A stretch of DNA of 63,838 nt, counting the filler, from an uncultured Methanosarcinales archaeon (GTDB lineage: Archaea; Nanobdellota; Nanobdellia; Woesearchaeales; UBA12501), in the NCBI GenBank assembly GCA_964397315.1. It is 3 parts of 3 records of this genome, joined end to end, with 100 filler letters (N's around TTAATTAATTAA, not from the genome) between each part and the next. Parts side by side here need not be neighbours in the genome. Positions count along the whole stretch, not along the records: positions 27,302 to 58,857 come from CAYNHV010000018.1; 2 more parts are not named here. One strand, written 5' to 3'. Positions 47,409 to 56,853 of this stretch are shown piece after piece. The position numbers were made by a program, and so were the translations under genes. The first letter of the stretch is position 1; each line of letters starts with the position of its first letter. The notes beneath the pieces were generated by a model that was not told the DNA's origin, ran no database searches, and saw only the letters and a list, made by a program, of their open reading frames with translations.

Positions 47409-48182
47409 TTATTTCTGATGTTTCGGACAGTAATACCCTGATCTTCCGCCTATTGTCTTTTTTCTTATCCTTCCCCTGCACTTTCCGCACTTTGCGCCGC
47501 TCTTCCTTCTTCCTGTCAGGTAGCTTGCAGGGAAATCATCAGGCTGCGCCTTGTGCCTTACTGCTGTCTTAACAACCCTTTTCATTGCATTGTATATCCT
47601 GTCAATCTCCTTGTCCTTTAGCTTTGACGCCTTTCTCTCAGGGTGTATCCCTGCCTGGTAGAGTATCTCGTCGCTGTATATGTTGCCTATTCCAGCTATA
47701 GATGATTGGTCCATGAGGGCTGTCTTTATGATGCCTCCTGAACTCTTTATTATGCCCATGAACCGCTTTTTTGTGAGTGACATTGCATCAGGACCGAGAT
47801 CATGCTCCTCAATGAAGCTCTTTCTGCTTCCTGCAAGCCACACCCTTCCCAGCTTTCTGATGTTTATGTAGGCCAGGCTGCGGCTGCCTGCGAAGTCAAG
47901 AACAAGCTGGCTGTGCTCTGGCTCCTTTTCAGATGAATCATAATACTCCATGTGTCCTGTCATGCCGAAGTGCAGGACAAGAACACTGCTGCCAGTATCA
48001 ATAAAAAGATATTTGCCGTGCCTTGAGGCCTTTTTTATCCTTTTCCCTTCAAGCTTGCTGAGGCTCTTTTTTGATGCCTTCACAACCCGGCCTCTCTTTG
48101 AGCTCACTTTCTTTATCCTCTTTCCTTTTGATATCCTGCTGGCGTATCTTTTAAAGGATTCAACATCAGGAAGCTCAGGCAT
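47409..48182 (-). CDS. mutM: Fpg/Nei DNA glycosylase/AP lyase
   Basis: N-terminal MPELPDVE, RHGKYL, HFGMTG, H2TH MDQS.IAGIGNIYSDE, C-terminal Zn finger. Confidence 0.93.
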   Translation of the reverse strand: MPELPDVESFKRYASRISKGKRIKKVSSKRGRVVKASKKSLSKLEGKRIKKASRHGKYLFIDTGSSVLVLHFGMTGHMEYYDSSEKEPEHSQLVLDFAGSRSLAYINIRKLGRVWLAGSRKSFIEEHDLGPDAMSLTKKRFMGIIKSSGGIIKTALMDQSSIAGIGNIYSDEILYQAGIHPERKASKLKDKEIDRIYNAMKRVVKTAVRHKAQPDDFPASYLTGRRKSGAKCGKCRGRIRKKTIGGRSGYYCPKHQK

Positions 48183-48287
48183 TCTGCATCACCTCTTTAA
48201 GCTTAAGATCATTCATGGCAGCATAGGCGTTCTCGTCATTGTTGAAATAGGCATACACTCTCCTGCATGAGCCTCCTGCCTGACTTG

Positions 48288-49526
48288 TTATTTTGTTATC
48301 ATCCTCTTTATTATGGCTGACCAGTCCATCCTGGAAAGCTCCCTGACATTCCTCAGGTTGTCATAAGACTCCCTCGTGGGCTTCAGCCTGCTGAACTCCT
48401 TCAGCACTTTATCAGCCATTCTTTCTGCAGAGAACTTTTCCGCGGTCCTTCTGGCATTGGCCCCCAGCCTTCTGAGCCTCTTACTGTCATTTAGAAGCTT
48501 TAATGCCTTTCCTGAGAACTCCCTGACATTCTCCCTGACTGTGTAGCCGTTCCTGCCATTGCTTATGAACTCATCCATGACAGGGCATTTAACAGCAATA
48601 ACAGGTGTTCCTGCTGCCATGGCCTCAAGTATGACAAGACCCTGAGTCTCTGACTTTGAGGAGAAGAGGAACAGGTCTGCTTCATTGTAGAACTCCACAA
48701 GCCTGTCCCTGTCTGCTGGGCCTGTGAATATTATCTTGTGCTCCATGTTGGCCTTTCTCACAATCTCCCTCAGCCTCCCCTCATAATCATCATCCTCTGC
48801 TGATTTTCCGACAAGAAAGCATACTGCCCCGGGCTTCTCCCTTATGATGCCTGCCATGCATCTTATGAGAAACTCAAGGTTCTTCTCTTTTGTGAGCCTG
48901 CCTGTGTACAGCAGGATTCTTGTGCCTGCAGGCAGGTGGTATTCCTTCCTTATGTTCGCCTTCCTGCGCCTTTTCCTGTAAGGCTCAAGGTTTATCCCTG
49001 TGGGGATTGTCCTTATGCGGGTTTTCACCCCCCTCTTCTTCAGCATGCCCTTCACATAATCGGACGGCGCTATTATGAGATCGCACTGGTTGCAGAATGA
49101 TGTCACTGTTTTTCTCAGCGCTGGGCCGGCGATCTTGTCAGAGACAGGAAGGTAATGGGTGTACTTCTCATAGAGGGTGTGGTAGGTGAAAGCAACAGGA
49201 ATCCCCTTCTTTCTCGCCACTCTAAGGCCTGTCTCTCCGAGAAGAAACGGATGGTGGACGTGCACAATGTCAGCATCAATCCTGCCTGTCTTTCCGTTAA
49301 GCTCTGCTGAGAATGGCATGGGAAGGTAGAATCCCGCGTAGCTGAGGGCCTGCACAGACATCAGCCTTGTGACATGAGGGTCGTTCTCCCTGTATCCTGG
49401 ATAGGATGGAGCGAATACCTGCACATTGTGGCCTTTCCTCTCTGCAGAGTCCCTGAATGTCTTGATGGCTACGGGAACCCCTCCTGAAAAGGGAATGTAA
49501 TTGTTGGTGAATATTGCTATGTTCAT
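48288..49526 (-). CDS. GT4 glycosyltransferase
   Basis: FTNNYIP..GGV, HVHHPF, YHTLY, GRLTKEKN, ETQGLVILEAMAAG. Confidence 0.92.
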   Translation of the reverse strand: MNIAIFTNNYIPFSGGVPVAIKTFRDSAERKGHNVQVFAPSYPGYRENDPHVTRLMSVQALSYAGFYLPMPFSAELNGKTGRIDADIVHVHHPFLLGETGLRVARKKGIPVAFTYHTLYEKYTHYLPVSDKIAGPALRKTVTSFCNQCDLIIAPSDYVKGMLKKRGVKTRIRTIPTGINLEPYRKRRRKANIRKEYHLPAGTRILLYTGRLTKEKNLEFLIRCMAGIIREKPGAVCFLVGKSAEDDDYEGRLREIVRKANMEHKIIFTGPADRDRLVEFYNEADLFLFSSKSETQGLVILEAMAAGTPVIAVKCPVMDEFISNGRNGYTVRENVREFSGKALKLLNDSKRLRRLGANARRTAEKFSAERMADKVLKEFSRLKPTRESYDNLRNVRELSRMDWSAIIKRMITK

Positions 49527-49614
49527 GGCGAGTCACCTTATCCCTGCCCCAGAATACTCTCCAGGCTGCACATTCATACTGCTTTAAGAAAGGCGCCTTT
49601 ATACTTAAATCTTT

Positions 49615-51087
49615 TCATAGCCCAACAGGCTGCACATCCGCGACAACAGATGTCTGGTCCTGAATGGCAGTCTCATAATCAAGCTCTGCATCAATACCCG
49701 CGCTTTCCAGCCTGTGAAGAAGCCAGAGGGCGTCTTTCTCAATGCCTCTGGATGAGGAGTACTGCCTTATAACATCAGGCTTATCATGCATCCTTGCGAG
49801 AGGTGTGCCTGCAAGAGGGGTATACCTTGATATAAGCACTTTGTCGGGCTTTCTTGAATCCACCCCTCTCATGACGCTTTCTGCCCATTCTGCTGTATTG
49901 GCAAGAGCGGTCCTGCTGCTTCTGAATAATCTCCTGTTGCGGTCCTTGCTCAAATGGTAAAATCCCTCGCCGGTCATGCCCACCTGAACTATTGCTTTCA
50001 CCTTAAAACCCGCGTCCTGCAGCTTCTCTATTGCTTCTTTCTTCTGTTCAGGTGTTTCTCTCTTTCCCAGGAAATCAGAAGTCACGCGGTCAGCAGACTC
50101 AATCCCCACCAGCATCCTGTTAATTCCTTCAGCATTATTGAAAAGCTCCTTCAGATACTCAGGGCTTGATGCATTGATTGTCGGCACCCCTGCAAAAGAG
50201 TATGTCTTTTCCACATGAGGAAAATATTCATGGAACGCGTCAACTATCTCCAGAGGATCCGCCAATTTTCTTCCTGAGACGCCTGATACAAGGGCATCAA
50301 GACTGTCAGAATTTCCTTTGTTATCCCCCACTCTTATTCTCTGCAGCAGATTGTGCATAAAAGGATTGTCTTTCTCAAGCCCTTGCCTCCATGATGCATC
50401 ATTCGCATACATATGCGCGAGATGGAACCAGAGTATATCCGAAGTGTTGAGGAATCCCTCGTCCAGCAAGTCAATGAATTTTCCATGGTATTTCTCATGA
50501 AGCTTTTTTGACATCTCCATGTTATGCCTTATTGTCTCTTCATCGTAAAGGAGCATGCCCCTTCTGTCAGGCTCCGGACAGTAGGTGCAGCTTCTGGGGC
50601 AGTTTTCAGATATTTTTGACACAATCATTGTGTCGTTATATTCCGGCACGATATCCTCGTCGCCGTAAAGCTCTTTCATCTCTCCAAACCTTGCTATGAC
50701 CTGCTGGGCCCTCCACCTGAACAGCTCTCTCTTCTCATTGTCCCTGAAGTGAAGGCCATCTATGGCCTCGTAAACATCGTTAAGCACGCCCTCAACAGAA
50801 CGCCCCTCCTTTACCCTGAAGTTGCCATAGCCATTGCTTCTTTTCAGGAGATAATCTTTCTTTCCTTTACTGCCTGCATAGAAAACCGACTGAACAATGC
50901 CTGTCATGCCAAGAACAGCCACTTTCAGGTCTTTGCCCTCATGCTGCAGAAGCCAGTATTGAGGGTCCTGGCCTATGTCCCTGCCCCAGACATAGCACAA
51001 CTCCTTACCTGGCCCCTCTGCATACAAGGTATTTATCGCATCCTGCCCATCCACCTTTCTTACAATATCTGCTGAAGCGCTGGCCAT
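49615..51087 (-). CDS. Divergent radical SAM protein
   Basis: CPRSCTYC motif; GIESA; YTPLAGTPL. Confidence 0.75.
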   Translation of the reverse strand: MASASADIVRKVDGQDAINTLYAEGPGKELCYVWGRDIGQDPQYWLLQHEGKDLKVAVLGMTGIVQSVFYAGSKGKKDYLLKRSNGYGNFRVKEGRSVEGVLNDVYEAIDGLHFRDNEKRELFRWRAQQVIARFGEMKELYGDEDIVPEYNDTMIVSKISENCPRSCTYCPEPDRRGMLLYDEETIRHNMEMSKKLHEKYHGKFIDLLDEGFLNTSDILWFHLAHMYANDASWRQGLEKDNPFMHNLLQRIRVGDNKGNSDSLDALVSGVSGRKLADPLEIVDAFHEYFPHVEKTYSFAGVPTINASSPEYLKELFNNAEGINRMLVGIESADRVTSDFLGKRETPEQKKEAIEKLQDAGFKVKAIVQVGMTGEGFYHLSKDRNRRLFRSSRTALANTAEWAESVMRGVDSRKPDKVLISRYTPLAGTPLARMHDKPDVIRQYSSSRGIEKDALWLLHRLESAGIDAELDYETAIQDQTSVVADVQPVGL

Positions 51088-51385
51088 TCTCCGGAATCCC
51101 TGCAGGATATTTTTAAAACTTCCTGACTGTTTTATTCTTATCAGAATAAAAACACATTGTTTTAAGAATAAGGTTTTCAGGAATTTCTGATAAAAATGTT
51201 CTGAAAGGTAAGTCTTGGTTTATTAATCATGGCCAGAATGGCCTTACAGCCTTTCTTAAGGCAGTTTAGAAATTGTACCCTTTTTTGTACAAGATTTTGT
51301 AACAATTTGTTGGAAAAGGGTTTTATAAGCGTACTGATCATTAGGAGACTAAAGATGATCTGAAAAAATTGTTTTTAACAAAAAA

Positions 51386-52498
51386 TCAAATAAAACCAAA
51401 AACCAGTCCTGCAATTGTTGAATAAACTATAACCAATCCAACATATACAGCAGTCTTTTTATTGCCTAAAACTCCTCTGACTACAAGCATATTGGGCAGG
51501 CTCAGGGATGGCCCAGCCAATAAGAGTGCCAGAGCAGGCCCTTGGTGCATCCCTTTTGAGATCAAAGCCTGCAGGATGGGTATCTCTGTCAATGTTGAAA
51601 AGTACATGAATGCCCCGAATATTGATCCTATGAAATTTCCTATTAGGGTATTGCTTCCAACCAGCTGGGTGATGAGGCTTTCCGGAAGCAGGGGCATGAT
51701 GAATCCTGCAATGAAGACTCCAATAAACAATAATGGGAGTATCAGCTTTGAGAAGTTCCAGGTCTCATTCAGCCATTTATGCACGATATGATCCCTGAAT
51801 TTCCACCATACCAGGCCGACAACACTTAGAGTGAATGCTGCCATCAGGGAATATTTCAGGATACTGCTGATCTGCAGCCCATTGACAACAAGCACCCCAA
51901 TCATGAGCCCGAAAAAGGCTATCATGACCTTGTTAGACAGCCTTGATTCTTCAGTCTCCTGAATCATCAGTTTCTCTTTCTCCACTTTCTCCCTGAAAAT
52001 TGCGTGCATTGTGAGACCCACCAATATGGAAAGCAAAACTGCTGAAGTGACTCTTGCCAGCCCTATCTTTAAACCAAGCACGCTCATAGTCAGGAATATG
52101 GCAGCAATGTTGATTGCAGGGCCTGAGAACAGGAATGTTATTGCAGGGCCCAATCCTGCGCCCCTTTTCCTTATGCCTGCAAACAAGGGGAGGATAGTGC
52201 ATGAACAGACTGCCAGTATAGCCCCTGAGACTGAGGCAACGCCATAAGAGACATACTTCTTGGCTTCATGGCCAAGATACTTCATGACTTTCTCTTTTTT
52301 TACGAATACAGCAATTGCACCTGCTATAAACAAGGCAGGAATCAAACACGTCAGGACATGCTGTCTTGAGTACTCATGCAGCAGGTCAAAAGCAGAGAGT
52401 ATTGAAGTCCGGAACCATTCCGCATTAGAAGGCACAAAATACAATAATGCAAATATTATCGCTATCCCTGCCAGCATATTCCAGTCTTTTCTTTCCAT
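51386..52498 (-). CDS. arsP: ArsP/DUF318 family permease
   Basis: CLIPALFIAGAI, AVCSCTILPLF, SGPAIN, MYFSTLTE, GPSLSLP. Confidence 0.85.
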   Translation of the reverse strand: MERKDWNMLAGIAIIFALLYFVPSNAEWFRTSILSAFDLLHEYSRQHVLTCLIPALFIAGAIAVFVKKEKVMKYLGHEAKKYVSYGVASVSGAILAVCSCTILPLFAGIRKRGAGLGPAITFLFSGPAINIAAIFLTMSVLGLKIGLARVTSAVLLSILVGLTMHAIFREKVEKEKLMIQETEESRLSNKVMIAFFGLMIGVLVVNGLQISSILKYSLMAAFTLSVVGLVWWKFRDHIVHKWLNETWNFSKLILPLLFIGVFIAGFIMPLLPESLITQLVGSNTLIGNFIGSIFGAFMYFSTLTEIPILQALISKGMHQGPALALLLAGPSLSLPNMLVVRGVLGNKKTAVYVGLVIVYSTIAGLVFGFI

Positions 52499-52499
52499 A

Positions 52500-53210
52500 T
52501 CATATCACCATTATTCCTGTATAGTATGCTCCTGCGATTATGAAGATTCCTGCGACAATCTTTCTCATCCATAATTCAGATGTCTGGACCTTGTTCATGA
52601 CTCTGCCTAGTCTTGAAACGCCTTTTACTAATATAATCGAGAAGATTATGACCGGAAGCCCTGTCGCAAGAGCAAACACCGAAGGGATGACCAGTCCGTC
52701 TCCGGCTTTTAAGGCAATCGGGATGAGCATCCCGAAGAACAGCACTGCGCTGAATGGGCAGAACGCCAGCGCAAAGATAACTCCCAACAGAAAGCTTCCT
52801 AAAAATCCCTTCTCTGCAAGCCTCTGCTTCAGCCTGTTCATCTTACCGCTTGACCTGAGAAAGCTGAACTTAAAAATGTCAAGCATGACAACACCAATGA
52901 CCAGCAGCAAAGGCCCAAGGATCTTCTCGCCATAATTCTGAAGGAATAATGCTATTGCCTGAGTATTGACCCCCACCCAGACTATCATGGATGCCAAAAG
53001 AACATAAGTGAACATCCTCCCCAATGTATAAAGGAGCCCCACCAGCAAGGTGTGCCTGCTGTTGTCAATCTTTTTGCTCGCATAAGCTATGGCAGTGATG
53101 TTTGTTGCTAATGGGCACGGGCTTATTGCTGTCATCAGCCCTATAAAGAATGCAGCAAGTATTCCTATCTCGCTTGTCCCCATCGCCTCCATGAATGCCA
53201 TCAATCCCAT
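52500..53210 (-). CDS. arsG: ArsG-family (CcdA-like) membrane protein
   Basis: AISPCPLATNITAI and LAFCPFSAVLFFG. Confidence 0.8.
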   Translation of the reverse strand: MGLMAFMEAMGTSEIGILAAFFIGLMTAISPCPLATNITAIAYASKKIDNSRHTLLVGLLYTLGRMFTYVLLASMIVWVGVNTQAIALFLQNYGEKILGPLLLVIGVVMLDIFKFSFLRSSGKMNRLKQRLAEKGFLGSFLLGVIFALAFCPFSAVLFFGMLIPIALKAGDGLVIPSVFALATGLPVIIFSIILVKGVSRLGRVMNKVQTSELWMRKIVAGIFIIAGAYYTGIMVI

Positions 53211-53212
53211 TT

Positions 53213-53713
53213 TTAATTGCCTGCAAGTTTCTGTTCAATGACCCCTTTAAGGTAGTTCATGAAATCCTGCTTGTTCCTTAACTTATACCATACTTGGATA
53301 TTTTGCTCCGGAGTAAAATCACCTCCCCTGTATGTTCCAAGCCATAGCGATGATCCTGTTGCCCCATATTTCATGACCAGATCCCTGTTTTCTGGAAGTT
53401 CGCCATTGATGTGATCAAAGACAATCTTGCCTGATTTTAATTCATCTGCAAAGTAGGTCTTTACTGTCTCTTCAGCATAATCACCCATGGTTACACATGA
53501 ATAACATTGATTATTTCCATGAAAATGATAAATCTCAAGCTTGTCTATATTAATCTCCATCTCATTAAGATAAGCAGACTGCTGCATTTGATTGGCTGCG
53601 CTGTTCCCTGTCGGGATGTTGTCTGGATTGCTGCTGCATCCCGCCAGCATAAGCATGGCAATCACTGAAATCACTAAAAGAACATGCCTGTTGTCCATCT
53701 TATTTCCCTCCAC
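53213..53713 (-). CDS. arsF: ArsF-family thioredoxin-like lipoprotein
   Basis: Lipobox LAGC; YHFHGNNQCYSC; adjacent to arsG. Confidence 0.75.
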   Translation of the reverse strand: MEGNKMDNRHVLLVISVIAMLMLAGCSSNPDNIPTGNSAANQMQQSAYLNEMEINIDKLEIYHFHGNNQCYSCVTMGDYAEETVKTYFADELKSGKIVFDHINGELPENRDLVMKYGATGSSLWLGTYRGGDFTPEQNIQVWYKLRNKQDFMNYLKGVIEQKLAGN

Positions 53714-53999
53714 TCTGTTTTAAGCCAGCTATTTTCTGATCTAATTCACCGATAGAAGGCAGTTTTTTAGTAAAGACTACCTTATCATCTATGAGAACTG
53801 CCGGCAGGTCACTCTTATCGATTTTTATCTTCGACTCTTGAAGAAATCTGCTATAATCGATTGACCTCAAGTCAAACATATCTTTATCAAAAGATTCTTC
53901 AAGCTTCTTCACCAGACTTATCACTTTCTTTGTGAGCCCGCTCAGCTTTCTGCCTGTAGTGACAGGCTCATAGATGAACCACAACTTTATCTTTACCAT
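53700..53999 (-). CDS. ArsD-like thioredoxin-fold protein lacking cysteines
   Basis: IYEP...LPAVLIDDKVV..KLPS resembles ArsD; no Cys in 99 aa. Confidence 0.5.
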   Translation of the reverse strand: MVKIKLWFIYEPVTTGRKLSGLTKKVISLVKKLEESFDKDMFDLRSIDYSRFLQESKIKIDKSDLPAVLIDDKVVFTKKLPSIGELDQKIAGLKQSGGK

Positions 54000-54000
54000 C

Positions 54001-54231
54001 TTATCCCAGCCACTTCTTTATCTCTTCAACATCAGCCACTTTGCCGTAGCTCTTGACTTCCCCATCAACAACTATTGCAGGAGTGGACATGACACCATAC
54101 TCAACAATCCTGCTGACATCAGTGACTTTCACTATCTCTGCCTTCTTCTTTGCCTCTCCCACTGCCTTCTTTGCATTCGCTTCAAGCTGTTTGCATTTTG
54201 GGCATCCTGTGCCCAGTATCTCAATCTTCAT
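54001..54231 (-). CDS. arsE: MTH895/ArsE-family small redox-active disulfide protein
   Basis: MKIEILGTGCPKC...YGVMSTPAIVVDG. Confidence 0.88.
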   Translation of the reverse strand: MKIEILGTGCPKCKQLEANAKKAVGEAKKKAEIVKVTDVSRIVEYGVMSTPAIVVDGEVKSYGKVADVEEIKKWLG

Positions 54232-54562
54232 TTTGAACCCCTCCTTTGCCTCTGTCCTGTATGCCTAAGATGACTAAGTCTTCATCCGCTTTTATGCCCC
54301 TGACCTCTCCTTTCTTGATGTGGATGCTCTGGTTTCTTGTCAAGGTATGCTCTCCTCCAATGTCTGTGAAGATTCCTTTGCCATCAAGAACAGTCAGCAA
54401 TACTCCATAATCCTCAGGATGCGCAGGAATCTCAACTCCTTTCTTTAGGCATATCAGCGCTGCGTGAAATCCTTTAGCGTTCAGGAAATGCCTCTTTACA
54501 GGCTTTTCATCTTGAAAGATTACCTTTTCATTCAAGTCGTATGTTTTCATGCTTGGCCCCAC
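54221..54562 (-). CDS. Cupin-domain protein
   Basis: LKKGVEIPAH...VLDGKGIF. Confidence 0.75.
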   Translation of the reverse strand: MGPSMKTYDLNEKVIFQDEKPVKRHFLNAKGFHAALICLKKGVEIPAHPEDYGVLLTVLDGKGIFTDIGGEHTLTRNQSIHIKKGEVRGIKADEDLVILGIQDRGKGGVQNED

Positions 54563-54575
54563 ATATTATAACCTA

Positions 54576-54917
54576 TTACCCTGAGCAGCTGCACTGCTTA
54601 GTATTGAGCTTCTCCTCAAGCTCTTTCTTTGCCACTTCCAGAAGCCCATTCTCTTTTATCAAATCCTTGACATACTGCCTGTCTGGAAAGCTTATTGCAT
54701 CAAAAATACACCATGTCTCGCATGAAGTGCAGCCCACCATGCAGTTATAGGGCCTTGCGACAACTGATTTGTTCTTTTCTCTGTCAAAATCAAACACGTT
54801 CCTGCCGCAGCTTGTGACGCACATTCCGCATCCAGTGCATTTTGATTCATCAATTGTCGGATGCCAGTCTATCTTTGTCCGGTCAACACCTTTCCACTTT
54901 GAGAATTTTTCATCCAT
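54576..54917 (-). CDS. 2x[4Fe-4S] ferredoxin family protein
   Basis: CTGCGMCVTSC and CMVGCTSCETWC. Confidence 0.9.
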   Translation of the reverse strand: MDEKFSKWKGVDRTKIDWHPTIDESKCTGCGMCVTSCGRNVFDFDREKNKSVVARPYNCMVGCTSCETWCIFDAISFPDRQYVKDLIKENGLLEVAKKELEEKLNTKQCSCSG

Positions 54918-54919
54918 AT

Positions 54920-55174
54920 TTACACCTCCAATAACCTAAACAACTTTTTTATCCTTGGATCTTTGATTGAATACATTATTTTTTTTCCGTCTCTTCTTGT
55001 CTTGACTATGCCCTCTTCTCTGAGTTTCTTCAGGTGCATTGATGTATTTGATTGTGTCCTTCCTATATGCGAGGGGATTTCACAAGCACATCTCTCTCCA
55101 GTAAGCAAAAAACGGATTATATTGTACTTTGTCTCTTCACCCAATGCCTTAAGGAGTCTGAAAGCATCACTCAT
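54920..55174 (-). CDS. arsR: ArsR/SmtB transcriptional repressor
   Basis: LKALG...ERCACEI...QSNTSMHLKKL..GIV..RRDG...YS. Confidence 0.93.
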   Translation of the reverse strand: MSDAFRLLKALGEETKYNIIRFLLTGERCACEIPSHIGRTQSNTSMHLKKLREEGIVKTRRDGKKIMYSIKDPRIKKLFRLLEV

Positions 55175-55204
55175 ATCAATCTGGATTGATATGTTATATA
55201 TAAA
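55172..55204 (-). promoter_or_regulatory. TATA box plus perfect palindromic ArsR operator overlapping the arsR start codon
   Basis: CATATCAATC-TG-GATTGATATG (55172-55193) next to TTTATATATAA on the - strand (55194-55204). Confidence 0.75.
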
Positions 55205-55213
55205 TGTTTCGGT

Positions 55214-55831
55214 CTACTCCGCATATAGGTTTTCAGTGTATTCTCTATCATAAGAATAGATTACGGGGATTCTGAACCTCTCAATCTTATTTCCTTTATC
55301 ATCAACAGGTATGACCAGCCCAAGGCTGTCTGCATAATCATCCCAATCAATCAATACAACATCATCCATCCCTTCTCTGATTGCTGACTCTGCTGATTCA
55401 TGGAATATGATATTTTCTGGGTTAGGAAGGTATTCATTGGCAAGCTTTTCATCTACTGCTGTGTGGATCCTGCGGTCTTTCAGTTGGGAGATGTGTATCA
55501 ATCTCTTTTCTCTGCCTACCAGAGTCAAGCCCTGCCTTAGCCTTTCTTCAAAAGCATTATCTAGTTCATTCTTTTCAGCAAGCCTTCCCACAAGAACCAT
55601 ATCTACATCGCCCTCATTAAGGGCCTGAAGCGCATCTGCTGTATAGTCAAATGGCTGCAATGAGATATGGCTGTTTTTTGATGCTATCTCCTCAGCCAGA
55701 TCAGACATTGTGGGGCAGTAGCCAAGGGTTGCTGGCTCTTTTGCAGCAGCCATTCCTGCAGCATTACATCCTGCCATCAGCATTAATGCCATGATCGCAG
55801 GAATACCTAAAGGGAAGACTATCTTTCTCAT
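55214..55831 (-). CDS. Hypothetical lipoprotein (solute-binding-like fold)
   Basis: MAGC lipobox; GYCPTM; ALQALNEGDVDMVL. Confidence 0.65.
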   Translation of the reverse strand: MRKIVFPLGIPAIMALMLMAGCNAAGMAAAKEPATLGYCPTMSDLAEEIASKNSHISLQPFDYTADALQALNEGDVDMVLVGRLAEKNELDNAFEERLRQGLTLVGREKRLIHISQLKDRRIHTAVDEKLANEYLPNPENIIFHESAESAIREGMDDVVLIDWDDYADSLGLVIPVDDKGNKIERFRIPVIYSYDREYTENLYAE

Positions 55832-56115
55832 TTTTGGCTCTTCCTTAATGCTTCAGTCAAATCTGATGCATCAAAACCGATAAGTTGAACATTGTTTTCC
55901 TCAATGAACTTGTTCACTGTATCATTCACATCATCTATGCTTTTTCCAGCAAGCAATTCTTCTATCTGGATGATTGCTGTTTCTGGGTGTACAAAAAAAT
56001 CACCTGAAATCTTTATGGATATTATTGTGCTCTCCTCAATATCAGCTTCCAGCCTTAGCAATTTTCCGTTAGGAACTTTGTAATCAATATCCTGCTTCAT
56101 CTTAATTCTCTCCAT
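55828..56115 (-). CDS. lplB: Lipoate-protein ligase C-terminal subunit (LplB)
   Basis: KVPNGKLL...ISGDFFVHPE. Confidence 0.85.
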   Translation of the reverse strand: MERIKMKQDIDYKVPNGKLLRLEADIEESTIISIKISGDFFVHPETAIIQIEELLAGKSIDDVNDTVNKFIEENNVQLIGFDASDLTEALRKSQK

Positions 56116-56852
56116 TCAGATGTAGAATATTTTTCCTTGCATAACTTCTCTGCTAATGCGGCTTCATCTTTGGTTAATCCGGATTCTTCAAACCTGATAT
56201 TAAATGCACTCTCAAAACCCTTTATCAAACAATCTCTTAATTCATCTATAGAAATCTCTTTCTTAAGTTCTTTATTCAGAGAGGTTACTCTTTCTTCAAC
56301 AGCTTTAATCATCTTGTCTTTTATCTTCTCATCCGGCACTTTTAGAAGGGAAAACATCTTCTTGATATCCACATCAATAAGAATGGTTCCGTGCTGCAGG
56401 ACAAAACCTTCTTTTCTTGTCTGGGCATTTCCTGAGATCTTTTTTCCATTGGCAATTATATCATTTATCTGCTTAAACTCCGGGTTGATATGCAACAGCT
56501 CCAGGCCTTTTATTATAGCAGAGCATATCCTCTGGTATGATGCAATAATATCCTGAGGGACATCTTCCTCAGAGATTGCTAAGGAATAGGTCAGTTCATT
56601 ATCATGAAAAACCGCCCCTCCGCCGGTATATCTGCGTACAATATCCACTCCCTGTTTTTCTGCATTTTTAGCATCAGCCTCTTTTTTAAGTGACTGGAAA
56701 TAGCCTATTGTCAGGCATGGAGGATTCCATGTAAAAAATCTTAGCGTGTTTGGAACTTTATTCTTGATTCTAAAAGCCAGTATGGCTTCATCTATTGCCA
56801 TCTGCATAGCGCCATTTGTCTCTATTGTTTTAATAAGCCTCCATGTTTCCAT
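56097..56852 (-). CDS. lplA: Lipoate-protein ligase / octanoyltransferase catalytic subunit
   Basis: MAIDEA, RRYTGGGAVFHD, KKISGNAQ, LQHGT. Confidence 0.93.
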   Translation of the reverse strand: METWRLIKTIETNGAMQMAIDEAILAFRIKNKVPNTLRFFTWNPPCLTIGYFQSLKKEADAKNAEKQGVDIVRRYTGGGAVFHDNELTYSLAISEEDVPQDIIASYQRICSAIIKGLELLHINPEFKQINDIIANGKKISGNAQTRKEGFVLQHGTILIDVDIKKMFSLLKVPDEKIKDKMIKAVEERVTSLNKELKKEISIDELRDCLIKGFESAFNIRFEESGLTKDEAALAEKLCKEKYSTSEWRELR

Positions 56853-56853
56853 C

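Noticed and set aside
47409..47490. Fpg zinc finger ending CPKH rather than CxxC as a sign of inactivation
   Set aside because: His can ligate Zn, and the catalytic N-terminal PE motif and H2TH are intact.
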